From positions 12,648,001 through 12,712,000 of the forward strand of contig JAGIQG010000016.1 in assembly GCA_024679065.1 (NCBI GenBank): a DNA stretch of 64,000 nt, in the 5' to 3' direction. The notes under the pieces are model-generated. The model saw only the letters and a program-made list of their open reading frames with translations. It ran no database searches and was not told where the DNA came from. Position 1 is the stretch's first letter. Each line of letters opens with the position of its first letter. The stretch comes from Sphyrna mokarran. Its lineage: Eukaryota. The position numbers were made by a program, and so were the translations under genes. Shown in pieces: positions 12,885 through 23,749 of the stretch.

Positions 12885-13782
12885 TTGAAGTGGGAACATC
12901 GAGGTGGCGGCGCGGGCTCGTTGGGCCGAAGGGCCTGTTTCCCATGCTGTTTTGTTCTTTGTTCTTTGAAACATATGAAACTTCTGTACACCATGAGAAT
13001 GAGAAGGAATTCAACAAGTGTTGTATTATAGAGGAACTATGGCTAAAAATTATGATTTGGTGCCAGGTCCACAAATATGGAGATGTGTCAGGGAAGGGAG
13101 CAGTTCAATTGAGGCTATGTTTCAGAAGACAATCAAACCGCAAAGAATAACAACCATGAATTCGGCAAGTAGTCATGGGAAATATACAGTGATTACGACT
13201 CAACCAGGAAGAGAGATCCACACGCTTGCGTTACAGAGACTCCACCCTTGTCCATGTTCAAACGCTTTGTGATTCATGGACACTATCCGCAGAATTCTGA
13301 TCATAATGCCATGGTATCAGAAAGAATTCAGGTCGGGTTAGAAAGATGAATTATAAGTTAATTAATGATCCGTTACTTTTAGAGATAGACAGTATACACT
13401 TTGGGCCTGATAGAAATTCCGTTTATATTGTCCGGCCACTGCCAGTGTTCAGAACATCCAAAATAATGCTCAGAGAACTGATGAGGGATGAAAATATGGA
13501 TTGTTGTTATACTGAATGAATGAGCGCAGCCAGAAACTACATTACGTGACATAACAAAAGCAATAATAATAATATCTAAACGACGAGATAATTCCTATGT
13601 GTCAATAAGAATATAGAGGCAAATGCGTGGTTCAAACTTTCGCGTAAGGGAAATGTATTCCATTTATTGATAAAATAACAACCGAATATTTCACTTAGGA
13701 GCATCCCAATTGAATCATATTGGCACAAGTGTCCAGGTAAATCGCAGAACTCTGATGATAGAGATGTTTTTTTTATAAACTA

Positions 13783-13784
<2 letters not shown>

Positions 13785-13851
<67 letters not shown>

Positions 13852-13910
13852 GGAGAAAGAGAGAGAGTTTGTGCATGTTTCTATGTGTGTGTGTGCGTGT
13901 GTGTGTGTGT
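13785..13910. repeat. Compound (GT)n(GA)n microsatellite
   Basis: Directly visible dinucleotide runs. Confidence 0.97.
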
Positions 13911-15009
13911 GAAGTAAAGTTGTATGTAACAATAACGGGAATGACTTTTAAGGGGAGATAGAACTGAATGCTTGTGATTAGTCTTATTGTTGGCAATAAA
14001 TGAAATGAAATGGTAGAATATGTCAATATTGCTACACATCAGGGAATCACGTAAGTGAAATGAGTCATGGTCATTAATTAAAGTGTAAAGGATCTGGATC
14101 AGAATGTTGGACGCATTGGAGAAAAAAAGAAGTCAGTTAACACGATAAAAGTAGGCAATTGGATTGATTTGCTGATCTTCACTGATCTTCACCATTGCCA
14201 GAAAACAAGGTTTGGTATTTATTATCCAGCGGGGCTCAGCACCTCGTAAGCATAGACTCAAATTGATTTGAGGCTCTGCTGCTTTGGTAACGAATAAAGA
14301 GAGCAATGTTGCGGTGAAAAATATATATATAAATAAAAATCCGGAGCGCGAAATGCAGAATAGTTTTGGAAGTGTTAAGACAAAAAACAGACAAACTATT
14401 GTATTTCTAAAATAGTCATCAGACTCTGCATTTGATTTTTATACGAAGCTGAGCAAACAACGTATTTCAGAACAGGCATGAATCAAATGGCCCACTTGGC
14501 CTCTTATAACATTTAAAATACATACACAATATAATTAAAAAAAACACTATAACGTTACAAATATTTTACGTTTGACCTGGCAATGTATAATCCTTAGTAA
14601 CTTTCAGTCTTTTTTGTTCCTATGTGCAGCGGTCCATATACTTAATCCTATGTCTGGAACAAGTTTACCTATGAAAATAAATTATTACGTTGATGTTGTA
14701 TCTTCATTTTTTATTATTATTGCTGGGTAATGGCAATTTTGAAAACAGAAACTCTCGGAGAGAAATCCACACTCATAGAACAGTACTTCAAAAGAATATA
14801 CTGATTCCAGAACGCACTCCAATGAGAAACGTCAGAGAGGTAGAGAAAACAAAAACGCAGCTTTTTCTCAACTGGAATTGCCGAATTTGTTCTTGAACAT
14901 GCTCTGTCAACCCAGCTTCCCCGTCACATTGCTAGAACCGCAAATACTGTCATCAAGCCTCACACGACAATAGCTCAGTGGAAATCAGCAGAACAACTTT
15001 AGTTCAGAT

Positions 15010-15600
15010 TAATATTGACATTCGAGACAGTGGGAGCAATTGTGCTGCTGCAATGAAGAAATAGGTGGGAGCTGCTGGACAGAAAGAGTCTGAGTGCATT
15101 GGACTACTGTGTAATAACATATCTCAAATACGCTTTTAAAATTTACAGAATCATTTCAGTAGCAAAAAGCATGACACATTCCTGATGGTAGAAACACACT
15201 AAGCGAGAAAAATAAAAAAAAATGTAGCGGTGCAGATCATAGATTAGGAATTGTTAGGTGTTTGGAGAAAAGGTGGGGCAATAATTATGGCTGATTTTAA
15301 AGTGAGGTTAGATTAGTTAAACAGCTATGAATTGATCGTTTTGATGATAAGTACATTGAATTCATTGGAGATTGGTTGTGTGAGGAAATGAACCACAGAA
15401 CAAACTTTTCTAGATTTGGTATTGTATAATGAGGAGGTATCAATTTATGATCTCAAAGTTCAACATCACCTAAGGACGAATGATCATGACATTCTGGAAT
15501 TTAAAATTCAATGCAGAGTTCAAATTGAGATTTCCACTTTAGTGTTCTGGTCTTAATCATAGGCTATTGCAAAAGTTTGCGGAAGGATTTGACACCAAGC
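15010..15600 (+). mobile_element. Highly decayed CR1 endonuclease-region fragment
   Basis: 'GCAATAATTATGGCTGATTTT' (IIMGDF-like), 'CTAGATTTGGTATTGTATAATGAG' (LDLVL.NE) and 'AATGATCATGAC' (SDH-like). Confidence 0.6.
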
Positions 15601-16439
15601 CCCTACATATTAAGTACCACTAGATTGCTTTAGAACTGTTTCATTGATATCCTCAAGTTTACCTTCTTGGCACCTCCAATATCTATTCTCCTCCAATTTT
15701 TGTATTAATCTATTTTCATCTTACCAGCTGGCTGATTCTCGATGATCCGCAAGTTTGCCTTCAACAGTCCGGGCAATAAACAGGGGAAATTGATTCCAGC
15801 ACATGGTGTTCACTCACATCAAATGACGTTATTTCTAAAATGTGGTTCTTTGAGGAAACGTAGGTCATGCTTTGCTGCATTTTAACATTTTCTGATAACT
15901 GCAAATGTTCGATAGACAACATTAATATCAGTAATTTGTCTTAGTTTTCACAGTGCAGGTCCAGAGTAACGCAAGATTGATTGACAAAACAGGTAACAGA
16001 GATGAAGGTAATAAGGGCAATTGCTTTCATAAGATCAAAAATCTGCATTGAACGATCTTTCGAGATTAAAAGCAAACAAGTTCACAGAACTGATGGCCTA
16101 AATCTGTGCTTGTTAAATTAAGTTTTTCCAGACATAATGGATTCCTTAGTTTTACTATTCCAAAAATTTCTTATTTGGGAAATGTTCCAGTGACCTGGAT
16201 ATAACAGCTCATTTTTTTTTCTTATTCAAGCTGCGAGATTGTCATGAGGTAGAATACTTTCGAGCAGCAGTTTAGCATCTGTGTTTGGCAACTTATTATA
16301 AAGAAAAATGAAATAATTAATAACATAGCACATGGAATTTCAAAGTGCAATTCATTAGCATGATCATAAGCATATAAATGATAAGTTATGTTCCACAAAT
16401 TTGCTCGAATCATCAACAAATGTTGCAATCAAAGTGAAC

Positions 16440-16850
16440 AGTAAGGATATTGGGTGCAAAATGGACTTCCTGAAAGCATTTGACTAGGGGCCAAACGAAA
16501 GATCACGTGGAGTTAGGAATAACCTTTTAGCTTATTAAAAAAAAACAGAACACAGAAAATTAGGATATTTGGATCATTGTTTTCCTTTAGCAAGAGGGAA
16601 CACCTAAGCAGTCATAGTATTAGTTCCTGGACTACCGAATAATTATGCTGAGTGAGATTGACATGGAGGCGAGGATGTAAGGTAGCATAGCTAATTTGTA
16701 GATAACACAAACGAAATATAGAATTGAAATCATAAAACAAAGTTGCATTTTGAATTTAACAGTATTGGTGGATGGGTCAAAATTTAATGCATGGAAACGA
16801 AAATTGAAACAAATGAATTTATCGATTTTGGTCGGAAAAATAACAAGTTC
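16440..16850 (+). mobile_element. Highly decayed CR1 RT fragment
   Basis: 'ATGGACTTCCTGAAAGCATTTGAC' (MDF.KAFD), 'AATTTGTAGATAACACAAAC' (KFADDTK-like) and a FN..K...+HFG-like stretch. Confidence 0.6.
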
Positions 16851-16964
16851 AGTGAATTTGTTTGCTTTCAATCTCAAAAGCAGAAATAACGAGCAGCTGG
16901 CTACGAAATGTTTGATCAAGCTGTCCAGCTACAGAGATTTTGGTTATGCTCTCTATACATTGCA

Positions 16965-19190
16965 ACAAACTTGTAACCAAAAAAAAAAAGAATATTTCAG
17001 CAAATCTAGCAGCATCTGTAAGGAGAGAAATAAAAAGCAAACGTTTGGAGTCCAGGCCCCTTGTCAAAGATAAAATGGATACAAAATGGGAGATGTTATA
17101 CTGCAGGCTGAAGGAATAAAAAAAATAAAAAAAATCATAGATATAAAAAGAAGAGTAAAAAAAACTGCTAATGCAGCCCATTGTGAAATAGAAGGTGTGA
17201 TTGACCAATCAGGGACAAAAAAATGAAATTAGAGAGTTAGGGTGGCAAATGATAATGTATGGGGATGAGTGTGTAAAGTTGAGAAAATGGGGGAAAAGAA
17301 GCAAAAGGGGAGAAATTATATGGAAAGTGGGGACACGGGGGCTGGGGAGGGAATTGTAGCTGGAAGAAAAATAAAGAAAGGCAATAATGAAGGAAAAGTA
17401 AGGAACAGTTAAAATAAAAATAAATTAAAAAGAATGGGGTCGAGATGGGGTAAAGCCAATCATCAGGAGTTGTTGAAGGTTGTAATGTGACGAGCTGAAA
17501 GGCGTTAGCTGTTTTTTGCCCCTGAACGTGCTGAGCTTCACTTGAACATTGCAGCAAGCCAATGACAGATGTGTGGGCATCGAAGGAAGATTCTGTGTTA
17601 AAATGTGAAGTCAGGTTCATGATTGTGCATAGACCAAATGTGCTCAGAAAAGAGATCACCCAGTCTATGTTGAGTCTCCCCGATATAGAGAAGACCATAT
17701 GAGAAGCTGTGAATGCAATAGGCCAATTTGATGGAGCTACAAGCCATGCTGCAACTTGAATGAATAGTTGAAACGTGCGTGATAAGCATTGAAGAGGTAA
17801 AGGAGCAGGTATTGTAGCTTTTCTGATTCAATGAGAAAATACCATGGGTAATGAAAAAGTTGTTATTTATCGTGGAGGACTAAATGAAGCTATTTCGAAT
17901 GGAACGATATTTGTGGAATTCTGATAGAGAGAGTGAAGTGAAGGCGCGTTTGACAGTGGCATCAAACTAGGCAAAAATTGTGGAGGATTATGTTTTGCAA
18001 ACTGTGGTTGGTTGGGTGAAATGTGAGAACAATGAGGACTTTATCACAGTTGTGGGAGGCAGGGGAGGAGTTGACGGTCGGGGCGCAGGAAACGGATCGC
18101 CTGCTGTTGAGAATCTTGTCGACCATATAGTGGGAAACCATAGTTGTGGAAGGAGCATATATCAGATGCACCACTTTGGAAATTGACATCGGCTGGACAA
18201 ATGCGACAGATACAAAGAAGCTGAGGGAAATGTTTATGCAATATTCAGAGGATAAAGGGTGCAATGAATGTGGTCCAGATATTTCTGGATATGATTGGGC
18301 TTTTAATGAGTATTGTTAGACAGAGTGTTGGCAAAAATAGAGACAGAAATGCCAAGGAAAGGAAGGCAAGTGTCTGACATGAACCAGGTTAAAGTGCTGG
18401 ATAGGTGGAAACTGGAAGCAAAGTTGATGTTTTCGTCCCCAGGTACCGGCGAGAGCATTAATCAGCACTAAAATAATAATTGAACTACTGTTAAAGGAGT
18501 TTTGGGAACGTAGACCTGAAACAAGCAACGTTTCCCGCACTCCGTAATTAAAAAAAATACAAACATAGCTAGGACCTAGCGGACACGCATTGCTTCACAT
18601 TTGATTTAGACAAAGAGGGATCAGTTACAGGAAAATTTCTTCAGAGTAAAACGAGTTAGGCCAGGCCGAGGACAGTGGTTTTGTGTGAGAATTGCTCGGA
18701 CTTCTTCTAAAAAAAAAGAAGCGAGAAACACTCAGGTTATCATGGTGTGTGATGGAGGTGTGGAGCGATTGCACATTGGTGGTGAATAGGAGGCGCTTAG
18801 GTCCTGCAAACTGGAAGCTGTCAATATGGCGTACATCATGCGAGGAATCACAGATGTAGGTGGGAGGGATTGGAGCAGTGGAATGAGAATGCAGTCAAGA
18901 CAAGAGGAAATTAGTTCTATGGGGAGGAACGTGCTGGCACAAATGCCTATCAGAACAATCCTGTTTTGTGCATATTCGGAAATAGGTAGGAGCAGACTGT
19001 CCAGGACTGGACATAAGGACATAAGAATATAAGGTTGAACGGTGTGGGGGGAGGTCAACCAGACGAAGTGAGATAATGGCTTGATGTTCGGTGATGTCAT
19101 CATGGTCCAGAGGAATGCAAAATTATGCACTTAAAATTTGGCGCTCAGCTTCTGCGAAATGGTGGTCAGCTGACAACAACACCCACTTAT
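16965..19190 (-). mobile_element. Penelope-like element (RT + GIY-YIG endonuclease), decayed
   Basis: Minus ORF 17598-17831 'YCIHSFSYGLLYIGETQHRLGDLFSEH' matches the GIY-YIG motif (YCI.C..CGLLYIGET.R.L..RF.EH). 17962-18264 resembles the post-RT region (HP...IP.SQ.LR..RIC, LVLTFHP). A typical terminal repeat ('ACAGATGCTGCTAGATTTGCTGA' on minus) lies at ~17000. Confidence 0.8.
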
Positions 19191-19339
19191 ATGCAGCAAA
19201 CGTGTATATAGATTTTCTAGTTAATGAGGAAGGAAAATTGAATTTCAGCATTCGATGCTAAAGTAACGTAGGAAGAAGGTAGGGGAGTTTTGCTGAAAAA
19301 GTAGATAAAATTACAAACAGCTCACGTGGAGAATTGTGC

Positions 19340-19850
19340 ACATTTTTGTGATTGTACTTATTAATATGTAATTGTACTGGATGCATTTCAGAGAAGGGTC
19401 ACCAGAATGAATTTCAGAGATGGCTGACGTGTCTATTGATGATAGTTTGAACCTTGCGTCCCTCCAGTTTAGAAGTGAGGGACAATTTGATCAGGATCGA
19501 TCAAATTCTACAATGCATTGCAGAATTTATGCAGAGAGGATTTATCCTCTTGAAACAATTCTATCAATCTCGGAACAAATGGTGTAGTTATAGGATAAGC
19601 TCTAGATAGCTTAAAAACATAGGTCATGTGAAAGTAATTCATTCAAGGCGCATACAACTCTGTACTTCAATATCTCAAACGTCAGCTAGATATCAGGACA
19701 GTCAGTGGATGTAAGGAGGAGAAGGACGGATATGCAATTCGTAATTGGTTGAAATGTAATTTTGGAAGAGAAGACATATCGTGCAGAGATCAAAAGAAGA
19801 TAAGCCACAATCGTATTGAATGGTGGACAAGCTTCTCCGCTCATTTTCGC
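19340..19850 (+). mobile_element. Decayed CR1 3' fragment
   Basis: 'CAGAGAAGGGTCACCAGAATG' (QRRFTRM) and 'AGAAGTGAGGGACAATTTGATC' (RRLRGDLI-like), followed by a decayed 3' UTR. Confidence 0.6.
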
Positions 19851-20418
19851 TCATTACATTAAATTTTCTATCTTGTATTATGTTTTTTTTCAACCATTTT
19901 AATGGATGTTGCCAGATTTTTTGAGCTTTCTCAATTTCATCATTTGCTGTAAAATGCAAGAATCTCATGTTACATTATGTTACGCAATTTATTTGGCTCT
20001 TTCTAATTACCACTTAAGCCTATATATAATAAAAAAAAAACTGCTGTCAATTTTCAAAGATGCGATTGAATTTTAAGCTCGGGGAAGTTAAAGGGAAAAA
20101 AAAATATGGTTTCTCCCCTGAAACATGTGATTCCCATATGCTGGTAACTGCATCAAACGCTGTTTCCAGAGACAGAGAGAGAGTTTTCCTAATATTCACT
20201 ACGAACACCAGCACAAAGCGGTTGTTCTTCAATCTCCAGTCCGTTTTATATATTGAATTTGGCATTCTTTATGATAGTTCCTACAAGAAATGTGTCCTAA
20301 TTTGCAAGAATACGTCCACAGATGGCTCTTGCGTTGTATATACCCTATTCCTTCACAACTCTTACGTGAGTAACATCATTCTGTTCCCGAACCACAAGCC
20401 GAGATGAACTATTCTTAC

Positions 20419-20463
20419 CTGAATGCTGCTTGGCAGGGCCAGTTTGTCCCATCAAATTTCTCT
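20419..20463 (-). other. Candidate 45-nt internal exon of an unidentified transcript
   Basis: Acceptor TTTTAACTTTACAG and donor CAG|GTAAGA. Flanked by an upstream donor G|GTGAGT (20550) and a downstream acceptor ATTTCTTGTAG (20281). No recognisable protein homology. Confidence 0.35.
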
Positions 20464-22344
20464 CTGTAAAGTTAAAATATATTTATATTCTGAAATTTCA
20501 ACTGCAGAGAAGAATACATTTGCTAACATGGCTGAATGTCGAGCACTCACCCATTTTGTTAGATGGCTCGAAACTTAAGCTATACAATTGCACAGGTGAC
20601 TTCAAATTTCTGTCGTTGACATTCCTGTTACTTCGCTTCACTGAGAGAACTTTAACGGCCAGACCAATGTGGCTCTCCGATTGAAGGGTGTCCTTGTCAC
20701 CTATTCGACTTCGCACACATGACTTTGCAGAAGATCAGAGTCTACACGAAAGAAAACGTCTCGAAGTTGACTTGTTATTGAAAGGAAATATGTTCAGGAT
20801 GAATTATTTACCACCCTCTTTCGAGATATTTCGGTTTGTTGCAATGAATTGAATTAATGACATGATAGGAGTGCACCCTATCAGTTCATTTCATGCATAC
20901 ACCACTGACACGTTTTAATTCTCATGTATCATTTGCGTTCGAAATGGAAAAAAAAAGTTCGGAAAATTGCACAATGTCACTGACTAAATTAAATGTCTTC
21001 TGTTTGCAAAATTCCGCAGAAAACCTGCAACTCGGTGGGATTTTTTAATCCATATTTTCTAGTTCTCTTCAATGAATTGTACATTTGCTTTCAACATTTT
21101 GTTGTTAGATACGGGGAATGCATTCCAACCTATGGTGTTCATTCGTCTCCTTTAACATTAATTCTAAAAAGATGTATTCTTCGACTAAACGTTAGTTATT
21201 CATTGTTGCCTCTTCACCTATCTCTTTGCTGACCAATGTTGTTGACATAAAACAACAGAGGTTGGTTACTGTCTGCATTGTACTCTGCAAATTGACTTAT
21301 AATTGTGTGGTTGTTTCCATATTGCTAGCATGACAATCAGCTATGTGACAGTAATATTTAGTTAAACTCCTTAAGCAGTGTTATTTTCAAGTTTCTCCAT
21401 TTCCTCTACTGTCATCCTAATCGTGTTTTCCCCTAAACATCAGTTTAAATGTCCCATTGAAAATCAGAATGTAAAATTCTGCGATTTATGAATGGACTGT
21501 GTAACTATGGATACAAACGTTCCACTGGAAAATATTGCAGGGGATGGCTGACTGAGTCCAGTCATGTCGTTCTCCTTTCGTATCTAGTCGACAAGGGGGA
21601 GGACAATGGCTGCCAGCTATTTTGGGATGTGCAATAGATTGGAGGTCAGCAGGATTCAGAGGATATACTTGAGAAGGTGTCGGCTTGAATGAATTTGTGC
21701 CATGTATGTGGTCAACCTGGTGGGTGAGGGGGGGGGGGCAAATCTCATCATGTGGTGGGACTTTGTGTGGGCAATTTGAATTCTAATCGCTGCTTGAAGT
21801 CTATTCAGTTTGACGCGTGTTGGTTCTGACAAGTGTTTGGGTCGGGTGGAGGTTCACGTTCCTCTTCGGGATGGTATTTTGGGGGTTCATGCGCTTCCAG
21901 GAGGATGCTGATGCAGTCACTTCTCGTAAGGTGGATCACTTAATCGGACTGCGCCGCGGTAGCGTTCATGCATTCAGGGCTGTGTGCTGCAATGTCGCAT
22001 ATTCGGAAATATGCGCGAGAAGCTTAGAGTTATTTCGATGGAAAGGATTGGATGCTGAGTGATATAATCGTTAGGAATACCATGGGGGTCGAGGCGTTAT
22101 TTTGCCGAATGTTGGCATTGTGGGCTGGGCACAGCATTAAGTATCCATTCATATTTGCTCTTCATTTCAGGCTGCACTTTAGATTCAACTGTTACTTTGG
22201 CGGATCTGGAGCCACATTTGGGCGAAACTGGAAATAAATGCCTATTTAACTTCTCTAGTGAAGTAGTTTTGTGTGTGTGGGGCGGGGGGGGGGGGGGGGG
22301 CAGCATGGGGCGGGAGTAAATGACGATATTTTTTATGGTCATCT

Positions 22345-23749
22345 TGGTCGTTAAGAAAGGGAACAGGGATAGTCCAGGAAATTACTGACCTGTGAGTTTG
22401 ACTTCAGTGGTTGGTAAGCTGATGGAGAGGCTTCTGAGGGATTTGATATATGAACATTTGGAGAAGTTTGGACTGATTAGGAATAGTCAGCATGTTTTTG
22501 TCAAGGGCAGGTCGTGCCTTACGAGGCTAGTTGAGTTCTTCGAAAATGTGACTGAACACATTGACGAAGGAAGGGCGGTGGGCGTAGTGTACATGGACTT
22601 TAGTAAGGCGTTTGTTAAGGTCCCACATGCAAGGCTTCTGGAGAAGGTGAGAGCGCATGGGATATAAGGGGCTTTGGCTTCGTGGATCCAGAACTGGCTT
22701 GCCGGCAGAAGGCAGAGAGTGGCTGTGGATGGGTCTTGTTCTGCATGGAGGTCGGTAACCAGTGGAGTGCCCCAGGGATCTGTTCTGGGACCCCTGCTGT
22801 TTGTCATTTTCATAAATGACCTGGATGAGGAAGTGGAGGGATGGGTTAGTAAGTTCGCCGACGATACGAAGGTCGGTGGTGTTGTGGATGGTCTGGAGGG
22901 ATGTCAGAAGTTGCAGCGGGACATAGATAGGATGCAAGACTGGGTGGAGAAGTGGCAGATGGACTTCAATGCAGATAAATGTGTAGTGGTCCATTTTGGC
23001 AGGAATAATAGGATGAAGGAGTACAATATAAGGGGTAGGAGTCTTAGCTGTGTTGTAGAGCAGAAAGATCTCGGGGTCCGGGTCCATAGGACTCTTAAAT
23101 CGGCCTCGCAGGTGGAGGAAGTGGTCAAGAAGGCGTACGGTGTACTGGCCTTCATTAATCGAGGAATAGAGTTTAGGAGTCAGGAGGTAATGATGCAGCT
23201 CTATAAGACTCTTGTCAGACCCCAGTTGGAGTAGTGTGCGCAGTTCTGGTCACCTCATTATAGGAAGGATGTAGAGGCTATTGAGAGAGTTCAGAGGAGA
23301 TTTACAAGGATGCTGCCTGGATTGGGAGGCAGGCCTTATGAAGATAGGTTGAGGAGCTGGGACTCTTCTCACTGGAGAGACGTAGGTTGAGAGGTGACCT
23401 GATAGAGGTTTATAAAATGTTGAGAGGAATAGATAGGGTGGACTCTCAGAGACTATTTCCCCGAGCTGAAATGGTCATTACGAGAGGACACAGATTTAAG
23501 GTGCAGGGAAGCAAATACAAAGGAGATGTCAGGGGTAGGTTTTTCACTCAGAGGGTGGTGAGTGAATGGAACCGACTGCTGTTGGAGGTTGTTGAGGCAA
23601 ACTCACTGGAGTCTTTTAAGAGACTTCTGGATGAGTATATGGAAAAGAATAGGATAGGGGGTTATAGATAGGTCTGTGGATTGGTATATGTGATCGGCGC
23701 AACTCGTGGGCCGAAGTGCCTGTTTGTGCTGTATTGTTCTATGTTATAT
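22345..23749 (+). mobile_element. CR1 LINE, 5'-truncated RT and C-terminus with tail
   Basis: ORFs 22392-22667, 22674-23234 (GVPQGSVLGPLLF, KFADDTK) and 23387-23671 (RGDLIEVYK, FFTQRVV.EWN). Tail 'GGGCCGAAGTGCCTGTTTGTGCTGTATTGTTCTATGTTATATG'. Confidence 0.96.

Larger units (their letters stand above)
11535..12967 (+). mobile_element. 5'-truncated CR1 LINE with an unusually long composite 3' UTR (structured region + SINE domain + ATP5MF fragment + tail)
   Basis: ORF 11506-11997 (WQMEFNPDKC, LYKTLVRPHLEYC, LGLFSLE). ORF2 similarity ends at ~12297 with no tail. The CR1 tail 'GGGCCGAAGGGCCTGTTTCCCATGCTGTTTTGTTCTTTGTTCTTT' appears only at ~12905-12967. Confidence 0.9.

Noticed and set aside
12718-13074. 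118-aa minus ORF containing the ATP5MF-like peptide as a functional fusion gene
   Set aside because: The N-terminal part is the reverse-translated CR1 tail. The ATP5MF part is frameshifted at its start and lacks the transmembrane C-terminus.
12970-13300. Coding-looking stretch (…GREIHTLALQRLHP) resembling a BEL/Pao integrase C-terminus
   Set aside because: Only one weak motif; not supportable without a search.
20100-20280. SRCR-domain-like residues in the minus-strand translation
   Set aside because: Needs several stops and frameshifts and lacks the conserved Cys/Trp pattern.
21500-22260. GC-richer stretch that may be a decayed LINE
   Set aside because: I could not identify diagnostic motifs, so the family was left unassigned.
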